From Octopus bimaculoides (lineage: Eukaryota), in NCBI RefSeq assembly GCF_001194135.2, contig NC_068981.1, forward strand, positions 17,615,774 through 17,679,773: a stretch of DNA of 64,000 nt. The letters are read 5' to 3'. Positions 49,844 to 62,953 of this stretch are shown here, piece after piece (within the stretch, counting starts at the first letter, position 1; each line of letters starts with the position of its first letter). The notes beneath the pieces are model-generated. The model was not told the DNA's origin. It saw only the letters and a program-made list of their open reading frames with translations, and made no database searches. The position numbers were made by a program, and so were the translations under genes.

Positions 49844-50075
49844 AGGTGGAGAGCTGGCAGAAACGTTAGCACGCCGGACAAAATGCTTAGCGGTATTTCG
49901 TCTGCTGTTACGTTCTGAGTTCAAATTCCGCCGAGGTCGACTTTGCCTTTCATCCTTTCAGGGTCGATAAATTAAGTACCAGTTACGCACTGGAGTCGAT
50001 GTAATCAACTTAACCCCTTTGTCTGTCCTTGTTTGTCCCCTCTATGTTTAGCCCCTTGTGGGCAATAAAGAAATA
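49844..50075 (+). mobile_element. SINE family B
   Basis: 12-bp TSD agatgtaagcta; another copy at about 49011-49216. Confidence 0.92.
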
Positions 50076-50751
50076 AGATGTAAGCTATCATCCAGTTTAA
50101 TACCACCACCTGGACCTTAAGAGTCTTTAGCAAAGCCTGCTCTGTTGCAAGCATACAAACCAGCTCTCCAATTCGAGAGTACCTTCTTCCCTTTTTCCTA
50201 CCAGTCTAGGTGGTCATGTGAAGAGTCATGAGCTTGGATCTCCCCTCCTGATTAAGTCATCATCATCATCATCATCATCATTTAACGTCAATGTTCCATG
50301 CTGGTATGGGTTGGACAGTTCAACTGGATCCGATGGTTCCAAGGACTGCATCATGCTGCAATGTCTGCTTTGGCATGGTTTCTATAGCCGGATGCCCTTC
50401 CTAATGCCAATCATTTTACAGTATGGGCTGGGTGCTTTTGTTTTTTTTTTGTTTTTTGTTGTGCCACCGAAGTTATCATGCAACTCACAGAACTACAAAC
50501 TCGGTGGGATGGAACCAGCTTCATACTGGCAGATGAGAGGATTGAACTATGAGAAGTGGTGGGGGGGGGGCCTTGCAGGTTTTTGTAGAGTATTTGTATG
50601 GCTACTCACTTTTAGTAGAGGAAAAAAGAGAAAGACAAAACGAACTGTAGGAGCTGCAAGACATAAGGAATGATGACAAGGTGCCTAGGTGACCCCACAA
50701 GACACAAGGTGAGTTGAAGAATTAGTTTACAAGATTGTACAAATCAAAATC

Positions 50752-51160
50752 GTGGTGGCACCTGTACCAGTGGAGCACTAAGAGCACTGTCTGAGCATGA
50801 TCATTGCCAGAGCAGCTGTCTGACTTCCATGCCAGTGGCATGTAAATAGCACCATTTGAGCATGATCGTTACCAGCATCACTGGCACGTGAAAAGACATT
50901 CGAGCAAGGTCATTGCCAGTGCCGCTGGACTGGCTCCTGTGCAGGTGGCACATAAAATACACCATTTTGAGCATGGCCGTTGCTAGTACTGCCTGACTGG
51001 CCTTCATGCCGGTGGCATGTAAAAGCACCCACTAAACTCTCTGAGTGGTTGGTGTTAGGAAGGGCATCCAGCTGTAGCCATCTGGTTTGCCAGTCTTCAG
51101 TCAAATCATCCAACCCATGCTAGCATGGAAGGTGGACGTTAAACGATGATGATGATGATG
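50752..51160 (+). mobile_element. RTE 3'-end repeat (family E)
   Basis: Long form with (GAT)n tail. Confidence 0.85.
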
Positions 51161-51529
51161 TATGGGAAAGAGAATGATGGGAGTGATAGGGACATAGACT
51201 GATATAAAAGTTAACCTGGTGCCATGATAAAATGCACCTGAGAAAGCAAAGATAACATTAAGTTGAGGGCTCTTTTAGTTTCGTCCCACAGAGGATGTGA
51301 CTATGCTATGATACCAGACACTCAGTACATTCAGTAAAGTGGATAACAAATGAACAGAGAAAACATAGGACTCTATAGAAAAGGGTCTTGTTTTGCAGAA
51401 GACATGACATATACTTGCTTTAGTCAGCTTAATCCCCCTAATAGTGCTGTTCAACAAGATCTCATGGTTTTCTCACTAGACTGAGAAAGGCTGTAGCTCA
51501 ATGTAGTTACATAAGAGAAAGACGTACCA

Positions 51530-52210
51530 TGAATATCATGTTTTGGCATGGTTTCTACAGCTGGACGCCCTTCTTAATACCAAATACTTTACAGAGTGTA
51601 CTGGATGCTTTTACATACTACCAGTATAGGTGTGTTTACTGGGTGCTTTTTACATGGCACCAGTACCCACAAGATTAGGAATACTCAGCTGGAGAGGGAT
51701 GCAGGGGACAACCATGCAAGGACAACCATACTTTTATTTGGCTTGGCATGTTTTCTCAAACACAGTGAACTGCCACGGGTTAGGGTCCTTTGTCATCCCC
51801 TCTGTGAGGTCCAAGGTCTGTAGATCTTTTCTCACCACTTTGTCCCACTTTGTCCTGGGTCTATCTCTTCTACATGTTCCCTCTACAATTAAAGATCAGC
51901 ACTTCTTGATGCTACTGTCTTCCTTCATATACATTACATGGTCATACCAGTGCAGTCTTCTCTCTTGCATGCTACATCTGATGCTACGTATACCCAGTTT
52001 TTCTCTCAAATCATTTAGAATCCGTCACATATGCACACTGACATTACCCATCCAGTGGAGCATACTGGTTTCATTTCTTTCAAACCTTTACATATCCTCA
52101 ATAGTCACAGCTACTACCACAGAGGTAGTAGCTCTCTGAACTTCATCCAGCCTACTCTTATTCTAGCAGCTATGCTTTCATTACAACCTCCCCCACTGCT
52201 TACTTGGTTG
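51530..52210 (-). mobile_element. RTE-clade LINE fragment: RT C-terminus joined to its 3' UTR
   Basis: ERRLHWYDHVM...VEGTCRRDRPRTKWDKVVRKDL...FEKTCQAK* followed colinearly by the family-E core. Confidence 0.8.
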
Positions 52211-52529
52211 AATGCTCAATACTGCATTGATGGATAAAATTTCTTTATTTATGAGTTAAAGCCACCATTGGCTTCATGTTAAGCCTGCCACATGAAACAA
52301 TGGCTCATCTTCATCTTGGATTAAAACTTGATAAAATCTCATAAGACCATGATAAAGTAATTTGAGGTTTTGGGTAAACAAATAAATATCATTCATTTGT
52401 TTGCCAAAAACCTTGCATTATTTTATCATGATCTAACATAATTTTATTATATTTTAATCCATGATGGAAATGAGTACCAATACTCCATGTGATAGGCTAG
52501 ATAACTGTTAAGATAATGGTTTCATAAAA

Positions 52530-52578
<49 letters not shown>

Positions 52579-53051
52579 NNNNNNNNNNNNNNNNNNNNNN
52601 NNNNNNNNNNNNNNNNNNNNNNNNNNNNNNNNNNNNNNNNNNNNNNNNNNNNNNNNNNNNNNNNNNNNNNNNNNNNNNNNNNNNNNNNNNNNNNNNNNNN
52701 NNNNNNNNNNNNNNNNNNNNNNNNNNNNNNNNNNNNNNNNNNNNNNNNNNNNNNNNNNNNNNNNNNNNNNNNNNNNNNNNNNNNNNNNNNNNNNNNNNNN
52801 NNNNNNNNNNNNNNNNNNNNNNNNNNNNNNNNNNNNNNNNNNNNNNNNNNNNNNNNNNNNNNNNNNNNNNNNNNNNNNNNNNNNNNNNNNNNNNNNNNNN
52901 NNNNNNNNNNNNNNNNNNNNNNNNNNNNNNNNNNNNNNNNNNNNNNNNNNNNNNNNNNNNNNNNNNNNNNNNNNNNNNNNNNNNNNNNNNNNNNNNNNNN
53001 NNNNNNNNNNNNNNNNNNNNNNNNNNNNNNNNNNNNNNNNNNNNNNNNNNN

Positions 53052-53099
<48 letters not shown>

Positions 53100-53129
53100 A
53101 GACTTTACACTATCTTAAAACTTAGAGAC

Positions 53130-53330
53130 AGAAATGTTTGCTGATGATGATACACTTATCTGCCAATGTAAGGAACAAGCAGAACATAGTGAATACCTTT
53201 GGCAGGGCAGCCACAAAGCTCAACTTAAATATTCATTAACATTCAGAAAACATATGCATCAGTAATTGTTAGATCAGTGACTTCATTGATGTTCTTCTAC
53301 TCTAAATGGTTGACCTGAGATGCAGGAAAG
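53130..53330 (+). mobile_element. LINE reverse-transcriptase remnant
   Basis: MFADDDTLI motif, otherwise decayed. Confidence 0.4.
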
Positions 53331-53699
53331 ATCTACATCTAGACATTTGTTAAATGTTTTAGTTGAACCTTTTGTTTCTGAGCCTTTCTGAAAGAGAATT
53401 CCAATTCTAGGCTATTAAATGCTAAATTGCTGCAGTAAAGATTCAGCATTTCACAGCATGAAGCACTAAGTTTGAAGATTTGACATTATAGCTTATTCTT
53501 TATTTGTTCTCTTACATGTGCCAAAGTTTAGTAAAAGAAACAATTTAAAAGTGCCTGTTGCATGGACAATCAGCTGGTGCCTTCTATAATATCCACAGAT
53601 TGACTAACGTAGTGTGAATAAAATTTATTAGACAGAAAACATAAGTGACCTGTTGTGTACGTGTGTATACAAAGTTTGTCCTGGCATGTGTGCACTGAT

Positions 53700-54045
53700 T
53701 CATCATCATCATCATCATCGTCTAACGTCTGCTTTCTATGCTAGCATGGGTTGGACAATTTGACTGAGGACTGGTGAAATCAGATGGCTACACCAGGCTC
53801 CAATCTGATTTGGCAGAGTTTCTACAGCTGGATGCCCTTCCTAACGGCAACCACTCCGAGAGTGTAGTGGGTGCTTTTACGTGCCACTGGTACGAAGGCC
53901 AGTCAGGGGGTACTGGCAATGGCCACACTCGAAATGGTGTATTTTACGTGCCACCTGTACAGGAGCCAGTCCATCAGTACTGGCAATGATCTCGATCGAA
54001 TGTCTTTTCACGTGCCACCGGCACAAGTGCCAGGAAGGTGACGAA
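53700..54045 (-). mobile_element. RTE 3'-end repeat (family E)
   Basis: Matches the consensus. Further short or old copies at about 2983, 6117, 7317, 17206, 37550, 48120, 50258, 55741, 60565, 61651, 61856 and 62970. Confidence 0.85.
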
Positions 54046-55025
54046 AAGTCACTATCCTACAAATGCTGTCATTTGTTTGCAATCCTTAAAAGCATGTTCC
54101 ACCAATGAGGAAAGACTAAGGGAAATATTACCTTACTTGAAAACAGGTAAGCATTGGCAACAGGAAGAGCATCTGGCTGTAGAAATATCTGCCTCAACAA
54201 GTCTTGTCTGGCACATGCAAGCATAGAAAAGGATGTTACAATTAAGATGATAACGATATGAGGATGAAAATCTATTCAATGTGTATGACCTTGCTTGCTC
54301 ATAAGCTGCAAAGTGAAGATGAAATTTTCACCCAGCTACGACTTCTACTACTATCACATGTCTCTTTTCAGTTAAATGCAATGCAGAATCATGACATTTG
54401 ACACTGTGTACAGACACATACCTTTTCAAACCACCAATAGAAAGATAACATTTATTATATGGTTGACAGACATTTTGTTCTTTCAAGTGGAGAAAATTTA
54501 TAACTAGATTGCTTTGGTCCATGCAAGGACAACTCATCTTGCATATGAACTACATATAGCCTACCCACTTCAGTCTGCTACATCACAAGATAACTACAAT
54601 GCTTACATTTACTAACAACATTATTCACATAGTCTTTCTAAAATATATGCGAAATTTGTTGAAGATACTTTTGTTGAAAACACAGCAATGTTTTAACATT
54701 TTAAATAGGTAGGGAGGTTCTGAAAGGGGTCTCAGGGAGTAGTGTCCCTACCTTCCTGGGCTAGTTTTCCACCACATTTCTTAAAAATTGTGGTAGAGGC
54801 CTTGGCCTTGAGACCACTCATGTCTAGAAACTGAGGTTGGGGGTAAGCAAGGGCATGCTCCCCGTAGAAAATCCAGCTCCAAAAAGGCTTCATGATAGCA
54901 AAGAAGAATGGGCACCAGCCAGCCCAAAGATTGGGGTGGACTGCACCTGCCTGTCTCAATTGCTATGGCATTGAGGTAGATCTGGCCACCCCCATTGACA
55001 AGGACAAAATCCAGATTTAAAATAT

Positions 55026-55061
<36 letters not shown>

Positions 55062-55176
55062 TCTCTGTTACACAGCCATACAACAGAAAAATGCATGTTT
55101 TGAAAAAATAATTTGTTTCATGTCATTCTTTTATAAAGCATTAGGAGCTTGATCCAAAAGATATCCATGAATTCTA

Positions 55177-55404
55177 TTGGGTTGTCCGGAAAGTTCGTGC
55201 CGATTTATAGTAGTTTACCTTTCAACTTATTTGCCATGAAACCACCTCAATTCTGGGAAGAGGGTATTTTCAAGTTAAAGGAAAGATGGAGACACATTGT
55301 GCAACAAAATGGTTCATATTTGATTGATTAAAAATGTAATGGCAAGTATTTATTGACCTTTTTCTTTCCTTTAAAAATCGTCATGAACTTTCCGGACAAC
55401 TCAA
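55177..55404 (+). mobile_element. Mariner-derived MITE / deletion derivative
   Basis: TIRs ttgggttgtccggaaagttcgtgccgattt / aaatcgtcatgaactttccggacaactcaa, TA on both sides; retains the mariner C-terminus FWEEGIFKLKERWRHIVQQNGSYLID. Confidence 0.9.
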
Positions 55405-56559
55405 TATTTGCAATTTTCTTATCAGGATCCCTGTTTAACATGCTACCAAGATGTTTGAAGGAAGATGCAATGTTCAAAGTTTTACCATATATAATTGCTT
55501 TTGGACCCACACAAAGCTTTTTAGACAGGGTTGATAAAAAGATTTCATCAAGGATTATTGTGACACTTAACATGTTACATGCCAATGAATTTGAGCCTTA
55601 AGAGTTTGAAGATATTTTTCATAGTGGATGACAATATTAGAATCATCAGCGTACACGAGATCTCTTATTAGAGATACAGAACTGTGTAATTTAGAATTAA
55701 GATGTTTAAGGTTGAATAACTTCCCAGTTATGCAATAGCATTATCATCATTTAACATCCATCTTCCATGCTGGCATGGGTTGGAAGATCTGACAGATGGT
55801 AAGCAGAGGACTGTGCCAAGCTCTACTGTCAACTTTGGTATGCTTTCTATGACAGGATACCCTTCCTAATACCAACCATTTTAGAGTGTACTGGGTGATT
55901 TTTATATGGCATTATTACTGGCAAGGTCACCAACTAACATGCAAGACAAAAACAAAGGCCCTTCAACCAAAGGAGTAGTATTGAGGGAGATGGCTTTGAG
56001 TCAGATGAGGAGAGGTTAAACTATGGCAGAGGGGCAGAAATAAGGGGAGATACATGATTACCCTAGTTAGAGGAAAGAGAGAGATTGAGATGATGTACCA
56101 GAGCATACTCTCAAGGTACAGGAGGCGAATGTAAGTGGAGTGTTACAGAGGACTGGACAGGGTGAGTGAGCAGGGAGTTCATGAGAGTGTGAATGGAGAG
56201 TAGAAGACAGAGGGGAGAGGAAGTGGAAGGGGAAGGCAGTGAGTGGTGAGCACAGGTATGTAGGGGAGTGGCAAAATAGTAATGATATACAGATGGCAGG
56301 GGGAAGGACAGGAGAAAAAGATAACAAAGTAGCATTGGGCTACAGGAGCAGGTAGGGAGAGAGTCAAGCATAATACATGATGAGACATTGTTTGGTTCAC
56401 TGAGGCGGTGGAGCAATTAATGTAATGTATGGGTGGAGAATACATAATACACAGCGTTTCTATAACTCATTTTCGATGAGGTGGGTGGATCTTCTCAAGA
56501 ACCTCATATTGAGAGACATTTTGACTTGTTGTCATCTCTTCCATAATACTCAATATCTT

Positions 56560-57040
56560 GTGATCAGCCATCACTACTTCATCCTATGTCTTCCTAGTCT
56601 CCTTCTTCTGCAGGTTCCACCCACTTTAAGCAATCAGTGCCTCATTATACAACTGTCCTCATTCATACATGTCACATGACTAAACCATTGTAGTCTTCTC
56701 TCTTGCATGCTACATCTGATTCACCTTATGCCAAATTTTTCTCTCAACACATTTACACTTTATTGCACATTCATAGGAGCACACTAGCTCCATTCCTCTC
56801 CAGTCTTCACATGTCCTCAGCATTCAGGACCCACATCTCACTTCCATGGAGCATGGCTGCTCATACACAAGCATCATACAATCTGCCATTCACTCTGAGA
56901 GAGGCTTTTCATTGCCAACAGAGGTAATAGCTCTCCAAACTTTCTGTATCCTATTTTTATTCTAGCAACTATACTTTAGGAACATCCTCTTCCACTGCTA
57001 ATTTGGCCACCTTGGTAGCAAAAATCAATTACAACCTCTA
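56560..57040 (-). mobile_element. RTE-clade LINE RT fragment
   Basis: Homologous to 51900-52210 (IRCSMQERRLQW); decayed. Confidence 0.75.
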
Positions 57041-57076
57041 GAGAGCTTCCTGAGCATTTGAGAAAATCTAATTTAT

Positions 57077-57309
57077 TATTTCTTTATAGTCCACAAGGGG
57101 CTAAACACAGAGGGGACAAACAAGGACAAAGAAAGGGATTAAGTCGATTACATCAACCCCAGTGCGTAACTGGTACTTATTTAATTGACCCCGAAAGGAT
57201 GAAAGGCAAAGTCGACCTTGGTGGAATTTGAACTCAGAACGTAAAGACAGACAAAATATTGCTAAGCATTTCACCCGGCGTGCTAATGTTTCTGGCAGCT
57301 CGTCACCTG
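57077..57309 (-). mobile_element. SINE family B
   Basis: Reverse-complement full-length copy. Confidence 0.88.
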
Positions 57310-58181
57310 ATCCAATTTCTGTGTCTTATTCACTTTCTTGCTAACTACAGCTTTGGTCTTAACTTGAAGGCCCTTAGATTCCTCCATACCTGAAATTTCT
57401 TTTCCAGTTCAGCTACTGATTCTGCTACAAGATTAATTTCATCAGTATATATAGTTGTTACCATGGTCAACCTGTTAGTTATAACTTGGGGGGGGGGGCT
57501 ATGATGAATAAGAGGGGACTGAGAAACAAGCCCTGGTGAATTTCTACTTGTACACTAAATTCACCATTGTACTTATGGCAATAGCATATATAAAGATCTT
57601 CAGAACAGTCTTTGAAAGTGATTAAAAAATATCTGTGAAGTACATTCCTGTAGCCCAATAGGCGTAGGAGTGGCTGTGTGGTAAGTAGCTTGCTTACAAA
57701 NNNNNNNNNNNNNNNNNNNNNNNNNNNNNNNNNNNNNNNNNNNNNNNNNNNNNNNNNNNNNNNNNNNNNNNNNNNNNNNNNNNNNNNNNNNNNNNNNNNN
57801 NNNNNNNNNNNNNNNNNNNNNNNNNNNNNNNNNNNNNNNNNNNNNNNNNNNNNNNNNNNNNNNNNNNNNNNNNNNNNNNNNNNNNNNNNNNNNNNNNNNN
57901 NNNNNNNNNNNNNNNNNNNNNNNNNNNNNNNNNNNNNNNNNNNNNNNNNNNNNNNNNNNNNNNNNNNNNNNNNNNNNNNNNNNNNNNNNNNNNNNNNNNN
58001 NNNNNNNNNNNNNNNNNNNNNNNNNNNNNNNNNNNNNNNNNNNNNNNNNNNNNNNNNNNNNNNNNNNNNNNNNNNNNNNNNNNNNNNNNNNNNNNNNNNN
58101 NNNNNNNNNNNNNNNNNNNNNNNNNNNNNNNNNNNNNNNNNNNNNNNNNNNNNNNNNNNNNNNNNNNNNNNNNNNNNNNNN

Positions 58182-59059
58182 GGAAAGTAACTAGGTATTA
58201 TAAATTGCTTATAGAATTTTTAGTATCATTGAAGTTATGACGAAAACATTTTTTAAACAGGCAACACTAATGGAGATTTTTTATTTTCTTATTTCCCAGA
58301 TGGCTGATCGCTTGACTGTTCAGGAGCGAGCTAAGATAGCAGCATGCTATGAAGTGTGGAATTCCATTGTTTTGGTTCGGAGATGGTGGCGTGCATGGAA
58401 AGGTAAGCATACAACACTCTATCTGGAGACAATAAAAAGTTGTCATGCAAAGCTGATGACCATGGGCTCTGTGAACGATGCAAGAAGTGGCCGCCCAGAG
58501 ACATCCCAATCAGTGGGGAATGTGGCAACAGTGCAGGAGATGTTTGATTGCAGCCCATAAAAATCAACACACCAAGCAGCTGATGAAAGTGGACTAACAA
58601 GACACACAATACATATGGTGTTGCATAAAGAATTGAATTTTCGTCTGTGGAAACCCCATTATGTGCTGGACCTAAAACCTGAAGACTGTGGCCGCAGAAT
58701 GGAATATGGAGAGTTAATGCTAGGTGGGTACAAAGATTGGCCTGAATTGTTTGTAAACATCTTCTGGAGTGACAAGGCTGGGATGTTATAATACCGATCA
58801 CACACTGGAGGACTTGGAGACATGGATTCAGGAGATTCTCAATGATATCCCAGATGATATCTTTCAGAAGGTTGTTCATTCCATCCTTGGCAGTTTGAGG
58901 AAACTGTTTGACACTACCAGTGCTTACGTTGAAATATGAAGATTTACTTATATTTTTCCATGTAATGAAGAACATGTATCATTTGTTTCAATAAATTTGT
59001 AAAAAGAATATGGATTTTATTACCAGTTTTTAATGCCTACTTACTTTACACCTACCCTG
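58182..59059 (+). mobile_element. Tc1/mariner transposon relic of a different family, internally deleted
   Basis: MADRLTVQERAKI...RSGRP...STHQAA.ESG...FWSDKA; DDE core deleted; ends ...cctaccctg|TA; left end in N-gap. Confidence 0.8.
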
Positions 59060-59063
59060 TATA

Positions 59064-59096
<33 letters not shown>

Positions 59097-59097
<1 letters not shown>

Positions 59098-59550
59098 CAG
59101 GTGCAGGCATGGCCGTGGTAAGAAGTTTGTTTCCCAACCACATGGATCNNNNNNNNNNAGGTGCAGGCATGGCCGTGGTAAGAAGTTTGTTTCCCAACCA
59201 CATGGATCCAGGTTCAGTCCCACTGCATGGCACCTTGTGCAAGTGTCTTCTACTATAACCTCAGGCTGACCAAAGTCTTGAGAGTGGATTTGGTAGATAG
59301 AAACTGAAAGAACCCTGTCATATATACGTGTGTGTGTGTGTGTGTGTTTGTCCCCCTCCGCCACTTAGCAACTGGTGTTTGTGTGTTTATGTCCCCGTAA
59401 CTTAGCAGTTCAGTGAAAAAGGCCAAATGAATAAGTACCAGGCTTTAAAATAAAGTCCTAGGGTCAATTCTTTTTACTAGAATCCTTCAAGGCAGTTCTC
59501 TAGCATGGTCCACAGCCTAAAAACTGAAATAAGTAAAAACAACATAAAAG
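59097..59550 (+). mobile_element. SINE family A
   Basis: Head, microsatellite and tail present; contains a 10-N join. Confidence 0.85.
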
Positions 59551-60732
59551 ATATATTCTTAAGAAAAAAATTGGATTTGAAACATTGGTACTTCTAGAAA
59601 AACCATAAAAAGAAATGAAAAAATAATCACTCTTCACTCCATGTACTGATTGTATTAGTCTGATTAATCTTCAGATTAGGCTAAAATCTCACCTTAATCT
59701 CATGTATGTATACATGCATGAACTAGCAAAAATGTCTCCACATATCTTGATTGATAGACATAGTGCCTAACTGCCCTCGTATTAGTTTATATAAGGATGA
59801 GCCCATGAAAGATGCATCTACATTGCAGCTACACCTGATAGAAATAGCAGCCAATTCTCACTTAAATTGCAGCCTACCGTCTCATCTAATGGGGAAGAGG
59901 AAACCGCCCAGTGGTATCTCAAAATGCTAGAAATAGCAGCCAAATTTTCCTCAAACAACATTATTATCATTTGTGTTTACATGCATGCATGAAGAACCAA
60001 TAATTGAGACAGTTATGTGTTAGCGAGACATGCCACATATATTCCACCTCAAACTACATTCTTTTGTCCCCAGTTACTTAGACACAATATCTGGGCAACA
60101 CCAATACTTCTGCTTGTGTGTATGTGTGTGTGTATGTGCATGTGATCATCATTTAATGTTCAGTAACCATGCTTGTGTGGTTTGGCAGGAGCGGAGCTGG
60201 CAAACCAGAAAGCTACACCAGGCTCCACTGTGTGAGTGTGTATGTGTGAGAGAGAGAGAGACACACACACACACACCATCAGCACACCTGAAAGTAAAGA
60301 GGTAATATTTACAGATGTTCTCAGTAGTTCAGGCCACAAGCTTACATAATTTGTCTTCTGAAGGATTTTAGAAAATTTCTCCAGTTGGTCGGACAAGGCC
60401 GAGGCTTCTGAGGTATAAAAGGCATGAGAGTAGTCTGACCTAAGATAAAATGTCAGTTGTAGAAAGTTGACATTACTGTCTGATTATTGACAAAGAAAGT
60501 GTTCAGCACCCATGAATGTTGTTGTATGGCAGTGGTTTAGGGGAATGTGCGTTACATCTGGTTTCATCATCATCGTTTAACGTCCGCTTTCCATGCTAGC
60601 ATGGGTTGGACGATTTGACTGAGGACTGGTGCAACCGGATGGCTACACCAGGCTCCAATCTAATTTGGCAGAGTTTCTACAGCTGGACGCCCTTCCTAAC
60701 GCCAACCACTCAGAGAGTGTAGTGGGTGCGAT

Positions 60733-61100
60733 ATCTTTTATCGTTACTGGTTTCAGCCAAAGGCTGGGACCATGCTGGAGCACCACCTTTCAATGTTTTG
60801 GGGTCTCCTTTCAACAGTTTTTCGTGAAGAAGTAATTTGGATGAAACTGCTCTTCTTTGTGCCTTCTTCCATGATGTGGGCTCATCTGAGATTTCAGATA
60901 GAAGTTTGTCCAAGTAATTCTTTGATGCTTCCCACATTTGCCCCTCACAAATCTTTGAGGTTCTTTGGCAGGATGTTTAACAGTTATGGTCCCCTGAAAC
61001 CCAAGTTCTGACAGTACTAGGTCCTTATCCGAGATGAAGAACTTGGGATCTTTGGTATTAAGCAGTGCCATCCAGTTTGGTGGATGACAAAGCTTTTAAT
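60733..61100 (-). mobile_element. CR1/L2-like LINE 3' end
   Basis: LGFQG...NYLDKLLSEISDEPT...QRRAVSS pattern typical of CR1-group C-termini, then the tail aaaggtggtgctccagcatgg. Confidence 0.6.
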
Positions 61101-62264
61101 TCCAAAGTTGGGAGCTAGACTTGCATAGCTTTCTTGCTTTCTCTCCAGTCTGTAAAAGATGTTGGTAAATTCACAGTACAATCAGTTTCACTGTACTGGA
61201 GAGAAAATAACCAAAACAGCCAATATGAAACAATATCATTTATCATCATCATTTCAACATCCACTTTTCTATGCTTGCATGGGTTGGACAGAAATTGTTG
61301 AAGCAGATTTTCTACAGCCAGATGCCCTTACTGTTACCAACTTTCATATTTCCCAGCAAGGTAATATTTCCATGGACAGATGTTTTCACAAATGACTAGA
61401 AATGAAGGACATTGTTTGAATGAATTAGAAGCTTGTTTAGAACTATCATGTGATGTGAAGACAAGGACAGACACACACACATAGGTCTCCATTAGTTTCC
61501 GTCTACCAAACTCACAAGGCTTTGATTGGCATTGTACAGTGGAAACCTCTTACCCAAAATATCACCCAGTAGGACTGAATGCAAAAACAAACTTCTTAAC
61601 CAAAAAGCCATTTTTGCACCTAGTATGTACATCTTTGTGATATGGGAAGTCATCATCATTTAACGTCCGCTTTCTATGCTAGCATGGGTCGGACGATTTA
61701 ACTGAGGACTGGTGAACCGGATGGCTGCCCCAGGCTCCAATCTGATCTGGCAGAGTTTCTGCAGCTGGATGCCCTTCCTAACGCCAGTGTTGAATAGAAT
61801 ATTGTATGAGATGGTTACAAAAGATAACCATGGTAGAAGCAGGCTGAAAAAGACATCATCATTGTCTTCATTTAACGTCTGATTTCCATATTGGCATGGG
61901 TTGGCTAGTTTGACGGGAGCTGCACTAGGCTCCAATTGTCTGCTTTGGTACAGTTTCTGACTGGATGTCCTTTCTAACACCAACCATTTTACAGAATGTA
62001 CTGGGTACTTTTTACATGGTACCAGCATGTGCTGGTGCCACTTACATGGAGACAATTATATTTAACCTCAGAAAGCTACGTCTTACTAAATAAATGACAC
62101 AGACTAAGGCTAGATGTCCTACAGATGCCAGCATGAAAAACTACATGCAAACTTGTGTGTCTATGTTTGTGGTTGCATAAAATATCTGAAGAGTTAATAT
62201 AATTATTACTAGTTTAGAAATTTTGAAAGGTGCATCTGTGTCTTGAACACACCACTCTACTTAC

Positions 62265-62424
62265 CTTGATCTATATTGATACCTACATCAGCATCTTAAT
62301 AAACAGGTTTCATTATTGTCTTTCATGCTGATGGGTCAAGATTAAAACAAACCACGTAGCTCTAACAGGACAGCTACAAATAACTCTACTTATAATTGTG
62401 TTTGCATTTGTAAACCCATCAAAC
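62265..62424 (-). other. Candidate minus-strand exon (non-coding or terminal) of an unidentified transcript
   Basis: Acceptor ttttgtttttttggttttcattttaatacag and donor AAG|gtaagt; stops in all three frames. Confidence 0.3.
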
Positions 62425-62730
62425 CTGTATTAAAATGAAAACCAAAAAAACAAAAGGGCACAAACATATAAATAAAAATATAAAACCTATGCCAACAGAA
62501 TATAGATGTTAAATGATTGATTGGTTGATTGATGGATGAATGGATGTACAGGAGTAGGCATGGCTGGGTTAAGAAGTTTGTGTCAGAACCATATGGTTCA
62601 AAGTTCATACCTACTGCATGGTATTGCCAACTGGTGTGTCTTATATTATAGCAAGCTGTGAGTTAATAGGCTCATGACAGACAAACCAATGCCTTGTGAT
62701 TGAATTGGGAGACAGAAACTGTAAAAAGCC

Positions 62731-62953
62731 GGCGGCGAGCTGGCAGAAATGTTACCCCGCCGGGCGAAATGCTTAGCAGTATTTCGTCTGCTGTTACGTT
62801 CTGAGTTCAAATTCCGCCGAGGTCGACTTTTCCCTTCATCCTTTCGGGGTCGATAAATTAAGTACCAGTTACGCACTTGGGGTCGATGTAATCGACTTAA
62901 TCCCTTTGTCTGTCCCCTCTATGTTTATCCCCCTTGTGGGCAATGAAGAAATA
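62731..62953 (+). mobile_element. SINE family B inserted in an old family-A copy
   Basis: 17-bp TSD agaaactg(t/c)aaaaagcc. Confidence 0.92.
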
